DNA of 41,459 nucleotides from Candidatus Aenigmarchaeota archaeon ex4484_224 (GCA_002254545.1 NJEA01000001.1:1-41459), one strand, 5' to 3'. Shown: positions 18,901-27,799, counted from the stretch's first letter. Numbers and translations: made by a program. Notes: generated from the letters alone by a model not told the origin.

Positions 18901-20613
18901 TGCATCATAAAGCCAAGAAAGAAAACTAGCTACAACACTATTTTTTGATTGGAATATCAAATCTGGAACTCTTTTTTCTTTTAAGAACTTCAAAACTTTT
19001 GCCAATGCTATAGAATTAAACACCATCTCTACATTAGTCCCAAATTTTTCTTTCTTATATTCAAATCTTGGTTTAATTCCAAATTTTTCTTCAAAATATT
19101 TCTTCAATTTTGGTAACAAATCTAGCTCATTGTAATTGAATACACATCCTACTCTATATTTTGATACATAACCATCTCCTAACATATATCCCAGAATTGC
19201 ACCAAGTCTTTCATCAAGCTTGGAGGGAATTTTAATTTTCTTTGCATTTTTTCTTGTCTCAACCTTCCAATTTGTATCTAAGTATTTATGAATAGAACAT
19301 GGAATCCAATTAACTACTCTTACTTCATCTCCAATTTTAATTTCATCTAATCTCTTCCAAACTTGTTTAACTCCATTTTTTCCAAATTTTCCTTTCTTTT
19401 TTACAAGAACAGGCTGATTAAAAGTTCCTTTTATACTCTTACCACTTTCTGTTATAATTTCTATTATTGGTTGAAATTCATACTTGTGGAAAACTTTAGC
19501 AATTCCTCTTTTATATCCTTTAGCCAAATAAACAGGAACATTTATTTTTTCTAAATGATACTTTCCTAAACTTTCTATTTTAACTATCGCTCCATTCCCT
19601 AAAATTACTCTTTCATCACCTACTAAACAACTAGGATCTCCAATTAATAAAATATGAAGATCTCCTCTTACCTTACTTCCATCTTTTAAGATTTTTCTTA
19701 CTCCACCAAACAACTGTAAAGCAATTGCTTCTTTAACTTCATCTAAACCATAAATAGAAGGTGCAATAGATTTAACGATCATATCATAAACGTTTGGATT
19801 TTTAGCTAATTCTAAAATCTTTTTCTCATCTTCTTCTGTAATTTCAATTTCTTCCCATTCAGTTTCCATAGGAATTATGTTATTTGCTTCTATGAAAATT
19901 TCTAATTGCCTTGAAGAATAACTTTTTCTCAATTTTCTTGGCATTTGTCTAAGAATTCCAACAACTTTAATTCTATTTCCGGGATCTGTCATGTTTTGGA
20001 ATTTTGGATCTGTTAAATCTTCTTTCAAATAAACGATTATATCGCTAGGTCTTTCTCCACTAACAATTTCAAAAGGCTCTTCTATTACAATCCATCTTAC
20101 ATCATAAAGCTTTTGGTCAACTAATTGAAAACCTTTTTTATTTCCACAATAAGGACATTTTAAGGGTTGGGATAAAGACCTTTGACTTTGAACAACTGGA
20201 ATTTTTGCTCCACAGACAGGACATAAAAAAATTGCTTCAGCAATTTCTGGCCTAATTTCACTAGCTCTTTTAACAATCCCTTCCACTATAACAATCTTTC
20301 CTATATGCTCAGATCTCAAATTTCTTATTCTTATTTCTTTATCTTCTGGTAAATTGTAAAACCTAACTCTTAAAACATCAAACTCAAAACCTAAATCTAA
20401 TTCTTTCAAAGCATTTTCAGCCAATTCCAAAAATTCTTCTGGTTTTTCTAAAAATAAATCAGCTAGGTCTACATCAAATCTTTCAAGCAAAGAAAAATCA
20501 ACATACAAAGATTTTTTCTTTTGGGAAATTGTAGACACTATTTCATCTAAATAAAATTGCTTAAAAAATTCTATTAATTTCTCGATTATCTCTTCCTTTT
20601 CCACGTTTATCAT
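15973..20613 (-). CDS. mcm: Replicative helicase MCM with two inteins (about 674 aa after splicing)
   Basis: Zinc finger CPVC...CPYC, SIAPSIYG, LQLFGG, Walker A GDPS/TAKS, IDEFEK, HEAMEQQ/TISIAKA and LLSRFDL. Confidence 0.97.
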   Translation of the reverse strand: MINVEKEEIIEKLIEFFKQFYLDEIVSTISQKKKSLYVDFSLLERFDVDLADLFLEKPEEFLELAENALKELDLGFEFDVLRVRFYNLPEDKEIRIRNLRSEHIGKIVIVEGIVKRASEIRPEIAEAIFLCPVCGAKIPVVQSQRSLSQPLKCPYCGNKKGFQLVDQKLYDVRWIVIEEPFEIVSGERPSDIIVYLKEDLTDPKFQNMTDPGNRIKVVGILRQMPRKLRKSYSSRQLEIFIEANNIIPMETEWEEIEITEEDEKKILELAKNPNVYDMIVKSIAPSIYGLDEVKEAIALQLFGGVRKILKDGSKVRGDLHILLIGDPSCLVGDERVILGNGAIVKIESLGKYHLEKINVPVYLAKGYKRGIAKVFHKYEFQPIIEIITESGKSIKGTFNQPVLVKKKGKFGKNGVKQVWKRLDEIKIGDEVRVVNWIPCSIHKYLDTNWKVETRKNAKKIKIPSKLDERLGAILGYMLGDGYVSKYRVGCVFNYNELDLLPKLKKYFEEKFGIKPRFEYKKEKFGTNVEMVFNSIALAKVLKFLKEKRVPDLIFQSKNSVVASFLSWLYDADGSVIAGGRGKNGILFKSKNIELLRDIQILLLRFGIHSRIYGNNLMIRQANSIEKFAKNIGFNSKKKKEKLKKLLKLLKRYKHRRHNKMWERVVKIVYHPPETVYDIEVPKYKRFVANGIVVHNTAKSALMRVVAGLIPRGRYVSGKGVTYAGLTATVVRDEEFLGGWVLEAGALVLANGSLCAIDEFEKVDKQDQVALHEAMEQQSYHPSFEIMFADGSKHKIGDFVEDLMKKYKNRIVEGINCEILDVSNLNFKLLDYDGKKITPVKVLRVSRHKAPDYFIEITYSNGRKILVTPEHPVFIFKNGKIMTEEANKITKDLFVPGVRNLEIFSSDQILEGITKTGRKRINLPTKVAPSLSRFLGFFVSEGYSYKGSSYEVGISNSSPILSNRIISTIKETFSITPMDYTDRNRTLRIISKDVYLWMKQNFDELMKLSKFKRIPKVVFSLNKNLVKEFILAMFLGDGSSKKIPSYTSSSRELVEDLQDLLLKLQIFSRIHEFKQFGRTYWKLYVTGDSIPIFSKIFENKDIKRKKIRHHDILPTYVARKLRDILKIFRMYDGSLNKNIELNYGITKERFSKIYENIAKKIRSGIELIEKGNLKKLKKELNFSFNLISKISNLNESSIKYFFYGGYTERKRKMIEERILSSLRNFLETKLKELEALEQLENYRWLRIKKVRKIPNKGKYKTDWVYDVTVQTHKFISHGLILHNTISIAKASIVATLPARTAILAGGNPKLGRFDPYLPVRDQVDIPETLLSRFDLKFALRDIPNPDVDAKLADHILKTRYFGKDEEVKPPIPPDLLRKYIAYARSKVKPKMTEEAAQVLKEFYLSLREKSGGESPIAITPRQYDALMRLAEASARIQLREYVTKEDALRAIRLMSVSLRQFGFEPETGQIDIDKAEGAKFTATQRGKIRTILSIIEDLENVFGKEIPQDEIIRVAKEKGIDDVEEILRKMQREGYLYSPKPGVLSRL
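16768..18282 (-). mobile_element. MCM intein 2 (505 aa, Ser1 type) with LAGLIDADG homing endonuclease
   Basis: Starts SYHP after AMEQQ, has block B VTPEHP, motifs FLGFFVSEG and FILAMFLGDGS, and ends LILHN before Thr. Confidence 0.92.
18529..19629 (-). mobile_element. MCM intein 1 (367 aa) with LAGLIDADG homing endonuclease, inserted in Walker A
   Basis: Starts CLVGDERV after GDPS and ends IVVHN before Thr; endonuclease motifs ILGYMLGDG and FLSWLYDADGS. Confidence 0.93.
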
Positions 20614-20680
20614 TTCCTCTTTTTTAGTTTTATGATTAATCTTTTTTTGAGATTTTTCGAAAAATGAAAAATGAAAAAGG

Positions 20681-21232
20681 CTATTCCTTCACTATTGCTT
20701 TAATTGATTTTAATTGCTTTATAAGCTTTTCTATAGCTATTTTCACATCTTTTGTCTTTCTAGCTCCTGTGCATACGATTTTACCAGAGCTAAAGATTAG
20801 AAAAGCCACATTTGGATTTTTCATTCTTAGAACTAAACCTGGGAATTGTTCCGGTTCGTATTCGGAATTTTCTAGCTCGAAAGCAACTTTATCCAAATCT
20901 ACTCTTGCATCTAGCTTGGTAGAGGAAACAATATTTTCAATTCTAAATTGGAATTTAGAAGGAACTTTAATTCCAGCTTTTCTTACTAAACTCACTAGTT
21001 TTTTTAAAGCTTTTTGCAAGTCTTTTTGTGTTCTAGTTCCGGTACATACAATTTTTCCAGAGCTAAAGATTAAAGCAGCAGACTTTGGATTTTTCATTCT
21101 TAGAACTAAACCTGGGAATTGTTCTGGTTCGTATTCTGCTCCTTCTATATTTGCTACTATCTTTTGTAATGGAACTTGAATTCCTAAAGAACCAGAAGCT
21201 ACTATATTTTCAATCCTTATTTTATAATTCAT
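20681..21232 (-). CDS. tbp: TATA-box binding protein
   Basis: Two repeats of IENIV.S...EYEPEQFPGLVLR...LIFSSGKIVCTG; GGTGAG SD-like motif upstream. Confidence 0.98.
   Translation of the reverse strand: MNYKIRIENIVASGSLGIQVPLQKIVANIEGAEYEPEQFPGLVLRMKNPKSAALIFSSGKIVCTGTRTQKDLQKALKKLVSLVRKAGIKVPSKFQFRIENIVSSTKLDARVDLDKVAFELENSEYEPEQFPGLVLRMKNPNVAFLIFSSGKIVCTGARKTKDVKIAIEKLIKQLKSIKAIVKE
20811..21136. repeat. Near-identical intragenic direct repeat in tbp (20811-20863 vs 21084-21136, 52/53 nt identical, period 273 nt)
   Basis: Direct comparison of the two copies; a further 16-nt identity lies at 20784-20799 vs 21057-21072. Confidence 0.9.
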
Positions 21233-21324
21233 TTTCTCACCAAAACTAACTTTAAAAATCTTTAAATATTGTATTTAAATAGTTTTCGAAAAGAATTTAA
21301 ATTGCCAAGCCTAGTGTTTTTAGT

Positions 21325-21651
21325 ATGATAATTCATGTAAGTAAAGAAAACTTTGAAGATGAAATTCTTTATTCGGAAATTCCTGTAATAGTTGATTTTT
21401 GGGCTAAATGGTGTAAGCCTTGCTTAGCTTTTGCTCCTATTTTTGAAAAACTTAGCAAAGAATATGAAGGAAAAGTAAAATTCATGAAATGTGATGTTGA
21501 AAAAAATAAAACAATAGCTGATTTGTTTGATGTAAAGTCGATCCCAACCGTTTTAATATTTTGTGATGGAAAAATTGTAAAAAGAATAACTGGAAATTAT
21601 AATTTGCAAGAAATGAAAGAAATTTTGGATAAAATTGGAGAGAAATGTTAA
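21325..21651 (+). CDS. trxA: Thioredoxin
   Basis: VDFWAKWCKPC and SIPT. Confidence 0.92.
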   Translation: MIIHVSKENFEDEILYSEIPVIVDFWAKWCKPCLAFAPIFEKLSKEYEGKVKFMKCDVEKNKTIADLFDVKSIPTVLIFCDGKIVKRITGNYNLQEMKEILDKIGEKC

Positions 21652-21652
21652 T

Positions 21653-22831
21653 ATGAAAATTAGAATTATATTTCCTTTCTTTGGGAAAGGGAAAGAAGAG
21701 GTTGAAATTGAAGAAGAAGTTCAATTTGAAGAAGTTCCAAAAATTTTAGAAAGAAATGAAAAATATAAGGAGTTTTTGGAAGAATTGGAAAGAAAATATG
21801 AAGATTTTTGGAATGAAGTTGAAAAAAATAGAAAGAAATTGAAAGAAGTGAAGAAAATAAAAAAGAATAAATTTGTTGAAAAAGTTGAAAATTTCCTTTT
21901 TAAAATTCAAAAATTAGAACAAAAAGAAATTGAAGACTTTCAGAATTTTTTTGAAAAAACTTCTGAGATAATTAATGATTTGATAAAAACTCATCCAAAT
22001 GAACAGGCTGAAATCTACCAGTTTGAAGAAGGGAAGGATTTGATAAGAAATTTGAATGAAATGATAAAAAAATTTGATGAATTTAAAAAATGGTTAGCAA
22101 AAAGATATAAAGAATATTCCGTTGTAAATGATCAGATTAAAAGTAAGAAAGAAGTGGAAGAATTGAAAAATTTAATAGACGAAGTAAATGAAATGAGAAG
22201 AGAAAAAAAGAAAATACAAGAAACTATTGAAAGAAATTTAAAGGAAATGAAAAAGATTGAAGAAGAAAATCTTGAAGAGATTAAAAATTTAGAAAAACAA
22301 ATTGAAAAGATTGAAAAAGAGATTGAAGAGAAGAATAAAGAAATTTTGAGTGTTAAGGGGGATATAAGAAAAAAGTTTAGTAAATATAAAAAAGATATGT
22401 TGAAAGAATTTCATTCCAAAGATGAAAAAATATTTAATTTTTTAAAAAGTTTCTTTGAAAATCCATTTGATTATTTTTTCCAAATTAATGAATTCATAGA
22501 TAGATTTGAAGGCGATGTTGGAAAGCAATTTATAAATTGTTGGGAAAATTCTAGGAAAGATATTGAAAAGATTGAACAATTGAAAGAAGAAATTAAACAG
22601 CTTAAAGAAAAAAAGATTGAAATGGAAAGAAATAAAAGATTGAAAGAAGAAGAAATTGAAGAGAAGAGAAGAGAGGTAAAATTTTTTAAAAGAAAAGAAG
22701 AAGAAATTGAAAGAAAGTTGAAAGACTTAGAGAAAAAATTTTTGAAGAAAAAAAGAATTTTAGAAGTTCTTTTGAAAAGAAATTTTGATAGAAGGTTTAA
22801 GGTAAAAATTCCTCAAGAAGAAATGAATTGA
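21653..22831 (+). CDS. Hypothetical E/K-rich coiled-coil protein
   Basis: Long ORF with heptad-like charge pattern and no ATPase motif. The ATG at 21653 follows the thioredoxin stop. Confidence 0.7.
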   Translation: MKIRIIFPFFGKGKEEVEIEEEVQFEEVPKILERNEKYKEFLEELERKYEDFWNEVEKNRKKLKEVKKIKKNKFVEKVENFLFKIQKLEQKEIEDFQNFFEKTSEIINDLIKTHPNEQAEIYQFEEGKDLIRNLNEMIKKFDEFKKWLAKRYKEYSVVNDQIKSKKEVEELKNLIDEVNEMRREKKKIQETIERNLKEMKKIEEENLEEIKNLEKQIEKIEKEIEEKNKEILSVKGDIRKKFSKYKKDMLKEFHSKDEKIFNFLKSFFENPFDYFFQINEFIDRFEGDVGKQFINCWENSRKDIEKIEQLKEEIKQLKEKKIEMERNKRLKEEEIEEKRREVKFFKRKEEEIERKLKDLEKKFLKKKRILEVLLKRNFDRRFKVKIPQEEMN

Positions 22832-23240
22832 GTTTGTAAATTGAAACTATTTTTGTTTTGCTAAATTCTCTTAAATCTTCTTGCCAAAGAGTTACGACTA
22901 AAGATTGAAGCTTAAATTTTTTCCAATTCCAAATTTTTCTTAATTCTTTACATTTTTCTTCATTTTTTAAACAAGCTTCTTTTATTTTTGATTTTCTATT
23001 CCAATTTAAATTCCATTTTTTACATTCAACGCAAAAGCCATAATTGTTTTTGTATGCTAGAACGTCTATTTCAAATCTTTTTTTTGTTTTAAATCTAAAA
23101 TTTCTTTTGGTTTTAAAGCCATGAATTTGGAAAATAGCTTCAACAATTTGTTCAAAGGATTTCCAGCTAAATTTTTTTAAAATTTCTTCGATATCTTTTC
23201 CTTTCTCAATTTCTCTTTTAATTTCTTCAAGCAAATCCAT
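22797..23240 (-). CDS. PD-(D/E)XK nuclease (Mrr/restriction-endonuclease-like)
   Basis: WKSFEQIV...GF...EIDVLA...VECKKW. Confidence 0.78.
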   Translation of the reverse strand: MDLLEEIKREIEKGKDIEEILKKFSWKSFEQIVEAIFQIHGFKTKRNFRFKTKKRFEIDVLAYKNNYGFCVECKKWNLNWNRKSKIKEACLKNEEKCKELRKIWNWKKFKLQSLVVTLWQEDLREFSKTKIVSIYKLNSFLLEEFLP

Positions 23241-23267
23241 AATTATTTGATAACCTAAAAAATAATT

Positions 23268-23729
23268 ATGGATTTAACTACTCATTTAGCTGTTGGAATT
23301 TTTTTGTATAAAGTTTTTGGAAATCCTTGGTTAATTCTATTGAGTGTAATTTTTGATTTTGACCATCTCTTTGGATATCTATATGATTCTAGGAAAAAAA
23401 TAAGATTGGAAATTCCAAAACTTTATAGATTAGCTTATAGACCTAGAAGTTGGTTTCACAGCATTTTGATGGTCCCTATTTTAGCAATAATTTTTTTGCA
23501 AATAGTTCCTTGGAAACAATCAGTTTTAGCCTTAACTATTCATTTGCTATTGGATATGCCAGATAGAGAAGGGATATACATAGTTCCATTTCTATCTAAG
23601 AAAAAAATTAGAGGCCCATTGCCTGTAGCATATTATATAAAGCATGAAAAAAGAAAAATAAAAAAATCTTTTCATATAATAAGCTTAACTCTTACAACAA
23701 TTTTTATTTTGTTAAGTATATTGTATTAG
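23268..23729 (+). CDS. Membrane-bound metal-dependent hydrolase (YdjM-like)
   Basis: TH, DFDH, RSWFHS and HLLLD motifs with hydrophobic segments. Confidence 0.8.
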   Translation: MDLTTHLAVGIFLYKVFGNPWLILLSVIFDFDHLFGYLYDSRKKIRLEIPKLYRLAYRPRSWFHSILMVPILAIIFLQIVPWKQSVLALTIHLLLDMPDREGIYIVPFLSKKKIRGPLPVAYYIKHEKRKIKKSFHIISLTLTTIFILLSILY

Positions 23730-23735
23730 AGAAAA

Positions 23736-24458
23736 ATGAGAGTATTAGGAATTGATGAAGCTGGTAGGGGTTCAATAATAGGACCTATGATAATAGCTGG
23801 AGTTGTTTTTGATTCAAGAGATAAAAGAAAGTTGAAAAAAATTGGAGTAAAAGACTCTAAGCAATTGACCAAAAGAAAAAGAGAAGAAATATATGAATTT
23901 TTGCAAGATATAGCAAAAGATATTTTTATTATAAAAGTAAGTCCTTGTAAGATTGATTCTGAAAATTTGAATTCGATCGAGATGAAAAAAATTGCTCAAA
24001 TAATTGAAATGAGTGATGCGAATTTTGTGTATATAGATGCTTTAACTTCTAGACCTAAAAAATTTGTTAAAAAATTGAGAGAATTATTGAATAACAAAAA
24101 AATTAAAATTAAAGCTGAAAATAAAATGGATGAAAAAAATTTGTTTGTTGGTGCAGCTTCTATAATTGCAAAAGTTGAAAGAGATTGGGAAATCGAAAAA
24201 ATAAAGAAAGATGTAAATTTTGATTTTGGAATTGGATATCCTCATGATCCAAAAACAATTGAATTTGTTAAAAAGTGTATAGAAGATGGAAATGATTGTA
24301 AATATATAAGGTGGAAATGGGATACTGTTAAAAAAATTGTGAGAGAGCTTGAAGAAAATGGGATTAAAATTGATAAAAAAATTTATAAAAAAGCAAAAAT
24401 TAGAAAAAGTATTGGATTCCAAAGAAAATTAAAGGAATTTTTGAGGAAAAAATTATGA
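23736..24458 (+). CDS. rnhB: Ribonuclease HII
   Basis: GIDEAGRG, GVKDSK, AASIIAKVERD and GYPHDP. Confidence 0.96.
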   Translation: MRVLGIDEAGRGSIIGPMIIAGVVFDSRDKRKLKKIGVKDSKQLTKRKREEIYEFLQDIAKDIFIIKVSPCKIDSENLNSIEMKKIAQIIEMSDANFVYIDALTSRPKKFVKKLRELLNNKKIKIKAENKMDEKNLFVGAASIIAKVERDWEIEKIKKDVNFDFGIGYPHDPKTIEFVKKCIEDGNDCKYIRWKWDTVKKIVRELEENGIKIDKKIYKKAKIRKSIGFQRKLKEFLRKKL

Positions 24459-24685
24459 AAATAGAAAAAATAATTGATTTAATAATTGTGTTTATTGCAA
24501 TTTTAGCTGGAAAGTTTTCTTCTGTCTTGCAAGATTTTTATCTTAAAATTTTAATTCCGATTTTAATTTTTGTTGGAATTTTAGCTATTTTAAAACTCAC
24601 AAAACAAAAAATTAGAATTTTTGATTTAGCATTTTCTTTTTTTGGTATTTGGTTTTTAGTTTGGATTTTGTTTATAAACGTTTAG
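24455..24685 (+). CDS. Small three-helix membrane protein, possibly archaeal EMC6-like
   Basis: Three hydrophobic segments and a C-terminal F..W..VWI..IN pattern; ATGA-coupled to rnhB. Confidence 0.55.
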   Translation: MKIEKIIDLIIVFIAILAGKFSSVLQDFYLKILIPILIFVGILAILKLTKQKIRIFDLAFSFFGIWFLVWILFINV

Positions 24686-24929
24686 ATGATTTTAAGAAAA
24701 GATATGCTGCATAGATATGGCTACATGGTTTTTCATGCAAAGCAAAAAATTGGCAATCGCAACTAAATTTTTTTCTTTTCTTATCAAAAATTACAAAATG
24801 CTCTTCATTTTCTCCTTTAACATTAAAATGAATTCTTTCATTGGTTTCTAAAGCTATTTTTACTCCATTTGATTTAAAAATTGTATATCCTTTTCTTCTA
24901 ACTTGGCTTGAAACTTTTAGTTTAACCAT
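24672..24929 (-). CDS. SWIM zinc-finger protein
   Basis: FSCDC...PCSHIYAA (CxC-n-CxH). Confidence 0.82.
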   Translation of the reverse strand: MVKLKVSSQVRRKGYTIFKSNGVKIALETNERIHFNVKGENEEHFVIFDKKRKKFSCDCQFFALHEKPCSHIYAAYLFLKSSKRL

Positions 24930-24964
24930 TCTAACAATAAATTTTGAACGAAGAAAATAAAAAT

Positions 24965-25894
24965 ATGGAAAGTTTGGAAGAAGTAATCAAAGAATTGAAG
25001 AAAATTAAAGCAAAAAAGGTTTTGATTCAATTTCCAGAAGGTTTAAAGATAAAAATACAAGGAATAGGAAAGAAAATTGAAGAAAATGGAATAAAAGTGA
25101 TTTATTGGGTTGAAAATACTTATGGAGCTTGTGATTTGCCTATAGAGGAAGCTAAAAGAATTAAAGTTGACGCTATTTTACATATAGGGCATACTGATTT
25201 TGGAATTAAAAGTAATTTGCCAGTAATTTATTGGGAATATTTTTATGATGTTGATCCTATACCAATTCTTGAAAAAGATTTTGAAAAAATTAAAAATTTT
25301 AAAAAGATTGGAATTGTTGGAAGTTTGCAATATATAAAAGCAATTCCAAAAGTTAAAGAATTTTTGAAAAAGAAAGGAATTGAAGTTTATACTAAAAAAA
25401 CTGAAAAATATGAAGGGCAAATTTTGGGTTGTAGGGTAAATGCAGGATTAATGATAGAAGATAAAGTTGATTGTTTTTTAGTTTTAAGTTCAGCAATTTT
25501 TCATGCTTTAGGCTTAGCTTTAAAAGTTAGAAAAAAAGTTTTTGTTCTTGATTTTGAAAGAAATGAAATTAGAGATTTAGAAAAAATTGTTAAAAAATAT
25601 AGGAAAATTATTGCCTGGAATCTAGAAAAATTTAAAGAAGCTAGAAAAATTGGAATTTTAGTTTCTTCTAAGATTGGACAATTTTGGGGTCCAGAAAAAA
25701 TTGTTGAAAAGTTAAAGAAAAAAGGAAAAGAAGTTTATGTTTTTTATATGAATGAAATTTTGCCAGAGAAAATTGAAGGATTAAAAGTTGATTTTTTAAT
25801 AAATACAGCTTGTCCTAGAATTGGAATTGATGATATTGAAAGATATAAAATTCCAATTTTAAACATAGAAGAAATTATTGGACATTTTGACTAA
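24965..25894 (+). CDS. dph2: Diphthamide biosynthesis enzyme Dph2
   Basis: QFPEGLK and three Fe-S cysteines in YGACD, GQILGC and TACPR. The ATG at 24965 is preferred over the TTG at 24944. Confidence 0.93.
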   Translation: MESLEEVIKELKKIKAKKVLIQFPEGLKIKIQGIGKKIEENGIKVIYWVENTYGACDLPIEEAKRIKVDAILHIGHTDFGIKSNLPVIYWEYFYDVDPIPILEKDFEKIKNFKKIGIVGSLQYIKAIPKVKEFLKKKGIEVYTKKTEKYEGQILGCRVNAGLMIEDKVDCFLVLSSAIFHALGLALKVRKKVFVLDFERNEIRDLEKIVKKYRKIIAWNLEKFKEARKIGILVSSKIGQFWGPEKIVEKLKKKGKEVYVFYMNEILPEKIEGLKVDFLINTACPRIGIDDIERYKIPILNIEEIIGHFD

Positions 25895-26276
25895 ATTTTG
25901 AAATTTCTTTTGAAATTTGATTTAATTGCTCAATTAACTTGCTTTCTTCTTTTGCTATTTCGTTTAAAGCCTTTTCAATTTCTTCCTTTCTTCTTTCCAA
26001 GAAAGAAATTGCTTCACTTTTTTCCATTTCTATTGAAGTGTTAGACCCTATAAAAACTAAAAATTTATTTGGATCTGTAATTTTTCCTTTTGAAAATATT
26101 CCTGAACCTAAAGAAAAAAATGTTTCATTTTCATTTATTTCATTTAGAGTTTGAAGGGTTTGAGAAATTTCAAGCAATTTTTGGGAAAGAATTTCTTTTT
26201 GTTTTAGCAAAGAATTTAGTCTTGATTCTAAAATTTGATAAATCAAAATTTTTTCTTGAAACTCTTTTTTCTGCAT
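25875..26276 (-). CDS. pfdA: Prefoldin subunit alpha
   Basis: Coiled coil, two beta hairpins (FSLGSGIF..G; LVFIGSNTSIE), coiled coil. Confidence 0.88.
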   Translation of the reverse strand: MQKKEFQEKILIYQILESRLNSLLKQKEILSQKLLEISQTLQTLNEINENETFFSLGSGIFSKGKITDPNKFLVFIGSNTSIEMEKSEAISFLERRKEEIEKALNEIAKEESKLIEQLNQISKEISKFSQNVQ

Positions 26277-26279
26277 TAA

Positions 26280-26723
26280 TTAAAGTTTTTGTTTTATCGA
26301 TTTAAGAATTTCTATTAGTTCATTTAGCTTTGATATTTTTATTGAAACTGCTCCCACACTTCTAAATTTGCTTGAAGATTTTGCCATGCTATCATGCTTT
26401 GTTTGATTGATTCTTATGAATTTTTCTTGATCAGAATATTTTGGATAAAAAATATCTATCCAAAGTTTATTATCTTTGTCTAAATCTATCCTTGCTACAA
26501 ATTTGGATTTTCCTGTTGAAAAGAAAATTTTGGAAGGTCCTTTTTCTTCATAATCAACTCTTTTTTCTATTAAAAGCCTTTCTAAAATTTTTGAGACTGT
26601 ATGTCTATTCAATTTTAATTCTCTAGCTATTTCAGCTGCTGTTAATCCTCTTATGTTTTTTTCTAATAATTCTAAAACTCTTCTAACATTTTTTGTATCA
26701 TATTCGGATTTGAAATTTACCAT
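26280..26723 (-). CDS. Winged-HTH protein with C-terminal PUR/PC4-like domain
   Basis: HTH (LTAAEIARELKLNRHTVSKIL) followed by a four-strand-plus-helix pattern (LWIDI..FIRINQTK..AVSIKISKLNELIEIL). The C-terminal fold call is inference. Confidence 0.65.
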   Translation of the reverse strand: MVNFKSEYDTKNVRRVLELLEKNIRGLTAAEIARELKLNRHTVSKILERLLIEKRVDYEEKGPSKIFFSTGKSKFVARIDLDKDNKLWIDIFYPKYSDQEKFIRINQTKHDSMAKSSSKFRSVGAVSIKISKLNELIEILKSIKQKL

Positions 26724-26789
26724 AGTAAAATTTATATAAGAATAGCTATTTAAAATTTTCTATAATATAATGTATAGACAATAAGTTAT

Positions 26790-26799
26790 AGGAGGTGAT
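26790..26799 (+). promoter_or_regulatory. Strong Shine-Dalgarno sequence AGGAGGTGAT
   Basis: Matches the archaeal anti-SD complement and lies just upstream of the ATG at 26803. Confidence 0.8.
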
Positions 26800-26802
26800 A
26801 TA

Positions 26803-27534
26803 ATGCCGTCTATAACTTTGTTAAAGTTTGAGAAAGATGTGAAAATAGAAGAAGTTGTCAGAAAGTTTAATGGAAAGAAAGATATTTTTGAAATCAAAGC
26901 GAAAAAATCAAACTTTAATTCCCATGAAGCAATAATAGAGTTTGAATATGAAGTGAATTTGGAAGAAGAAATTAAGAAAAGATTTGGAATTGAAATTAAA
27001 GAATTGAAGAATTTGAAAACAAAAAGAAGGGTAATTGCTTTTTTAAATAATTTTACAAAAACTTTTGAAGTTTATAGAGGGTTTGATTATTTGTGTAAGA
27101 AAATAGTAGAAATAGCTGAAGAATTGCTAGGTCAAAATCTTTTTCCTCTAAAGCTCGATGGATTTTCTTTGGTAAAGATAATTAGAAAATTTTCGATTGA
27201 AACAAAACAATTAATGTTTAAAAATATTGATGGATTTTTCTGGAAAGTTATAAGAGGGAAGTCTTTGGAAAAGAATGAAATTGCTTGGAAAGAAATTTTT
27301 AGGAATGTGAATAGTTTAAGAGTTATTAGTTTTAGGCCAAAAATAAGATTTTTGAAAGATGGGACAAAATACCAAATAACTTATAATGCTGAAAAGGGAA
27401 CTTTGAAGTTTTCATCTATGGAAGATTTTAGATATAGGCCTAGGTATGAAATTAGGCAAATTGTGTTTATACTAAACTATTTAAATAGCTTTTTGAATAA
27501 AACTTTAAAGTATGAAATTCCCGAAAGAAGTTAG
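26803..27534 (+). CDS. Hypothetical alpha/beta protein (possible RdgC-like fold)
   Basis: 243-aa ORF with strong SD; fold guess from the secondary-structure pattern only. Confidence 0.7.
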   Translation: MPSITLLKFEKDVKIEEVVRKFNGKKDIFEIKAKKSNFNSHEAIIEFEYEVNLEEEIKKRFGIEIKELKNLKTKRRVIAFLNNFTKTFEVYRGFDYLCKKIVEIAEELLGQNLFPLKLDGFSLVKIIRKFSIETKQLMFKNIDGFFWKVIRGKSLEKNEIAWKEIFRNVNSLRVISFRPKIRFLKDGTKYQITYNAEKGTLKFSSMEDFRYRPRYEIRQIVFILNYLNSFLNKTLKYEIPERS

Positions 27535-27799
27535 GATTTATTGTCCATATTGCAAGAAGCATACAATTCATGAAGTGATTATTGTAAAAAAGAGACCAAG
27601 AAGTAAGCTTAGCCAAGGACAAAGAAGATTCTTAAGAAAAATGAAAGGGTATGGAAGTTTTCCAAAGGAAAATCCTAAAGGAAGAGAAAAACCAACAAAA
27701 AGGTATGATATAAGGTTTAAATGTAAAGAATGTGGAAAAATCCATACTCATGGAAAAAGTTTTAGAATAAAAAAGCTTGAAATTACAAAGATTTCTTAA
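27512..27799 (+). CDS. rpl44e: 50S ribosomal protein L44e
   Basis: [23 protein letters not shown] and CKECGK.H. Confidence 0.96.
   Translation: MKFPKEVRIYCPYCKKHTIHEVIIVKKRPRSKLSQGQRRFLRKMKGYGSFPKENPKGREKPTKRYDIRFKCKECGKIHTHGKSFRIKKLEITKIS

Noticed and set aside
20811..21136. tbp repeat pair as a DGR template/variable repeat
   Set aside because: Both copies are in-frame structural repeats of TBP, and no reverse transcriptase is present.
20664..21179. 171-aa plus-strand ORF with an internal repeat
   Set aside because: It is the antisense shadow of tbp.
21261..21279. Inverted repeat TTTAAATA-TTG-TATTTAAA as an origin element
   Set aside because: More simply explained as TATA-like boxes in the divergent tbp/thioredoxin region; no ORB consensus is present.
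21653..22831. Coiled-coil protein as SMC/Rad50
   Set aside because: No Walker motifs, hinge or zinc hook.
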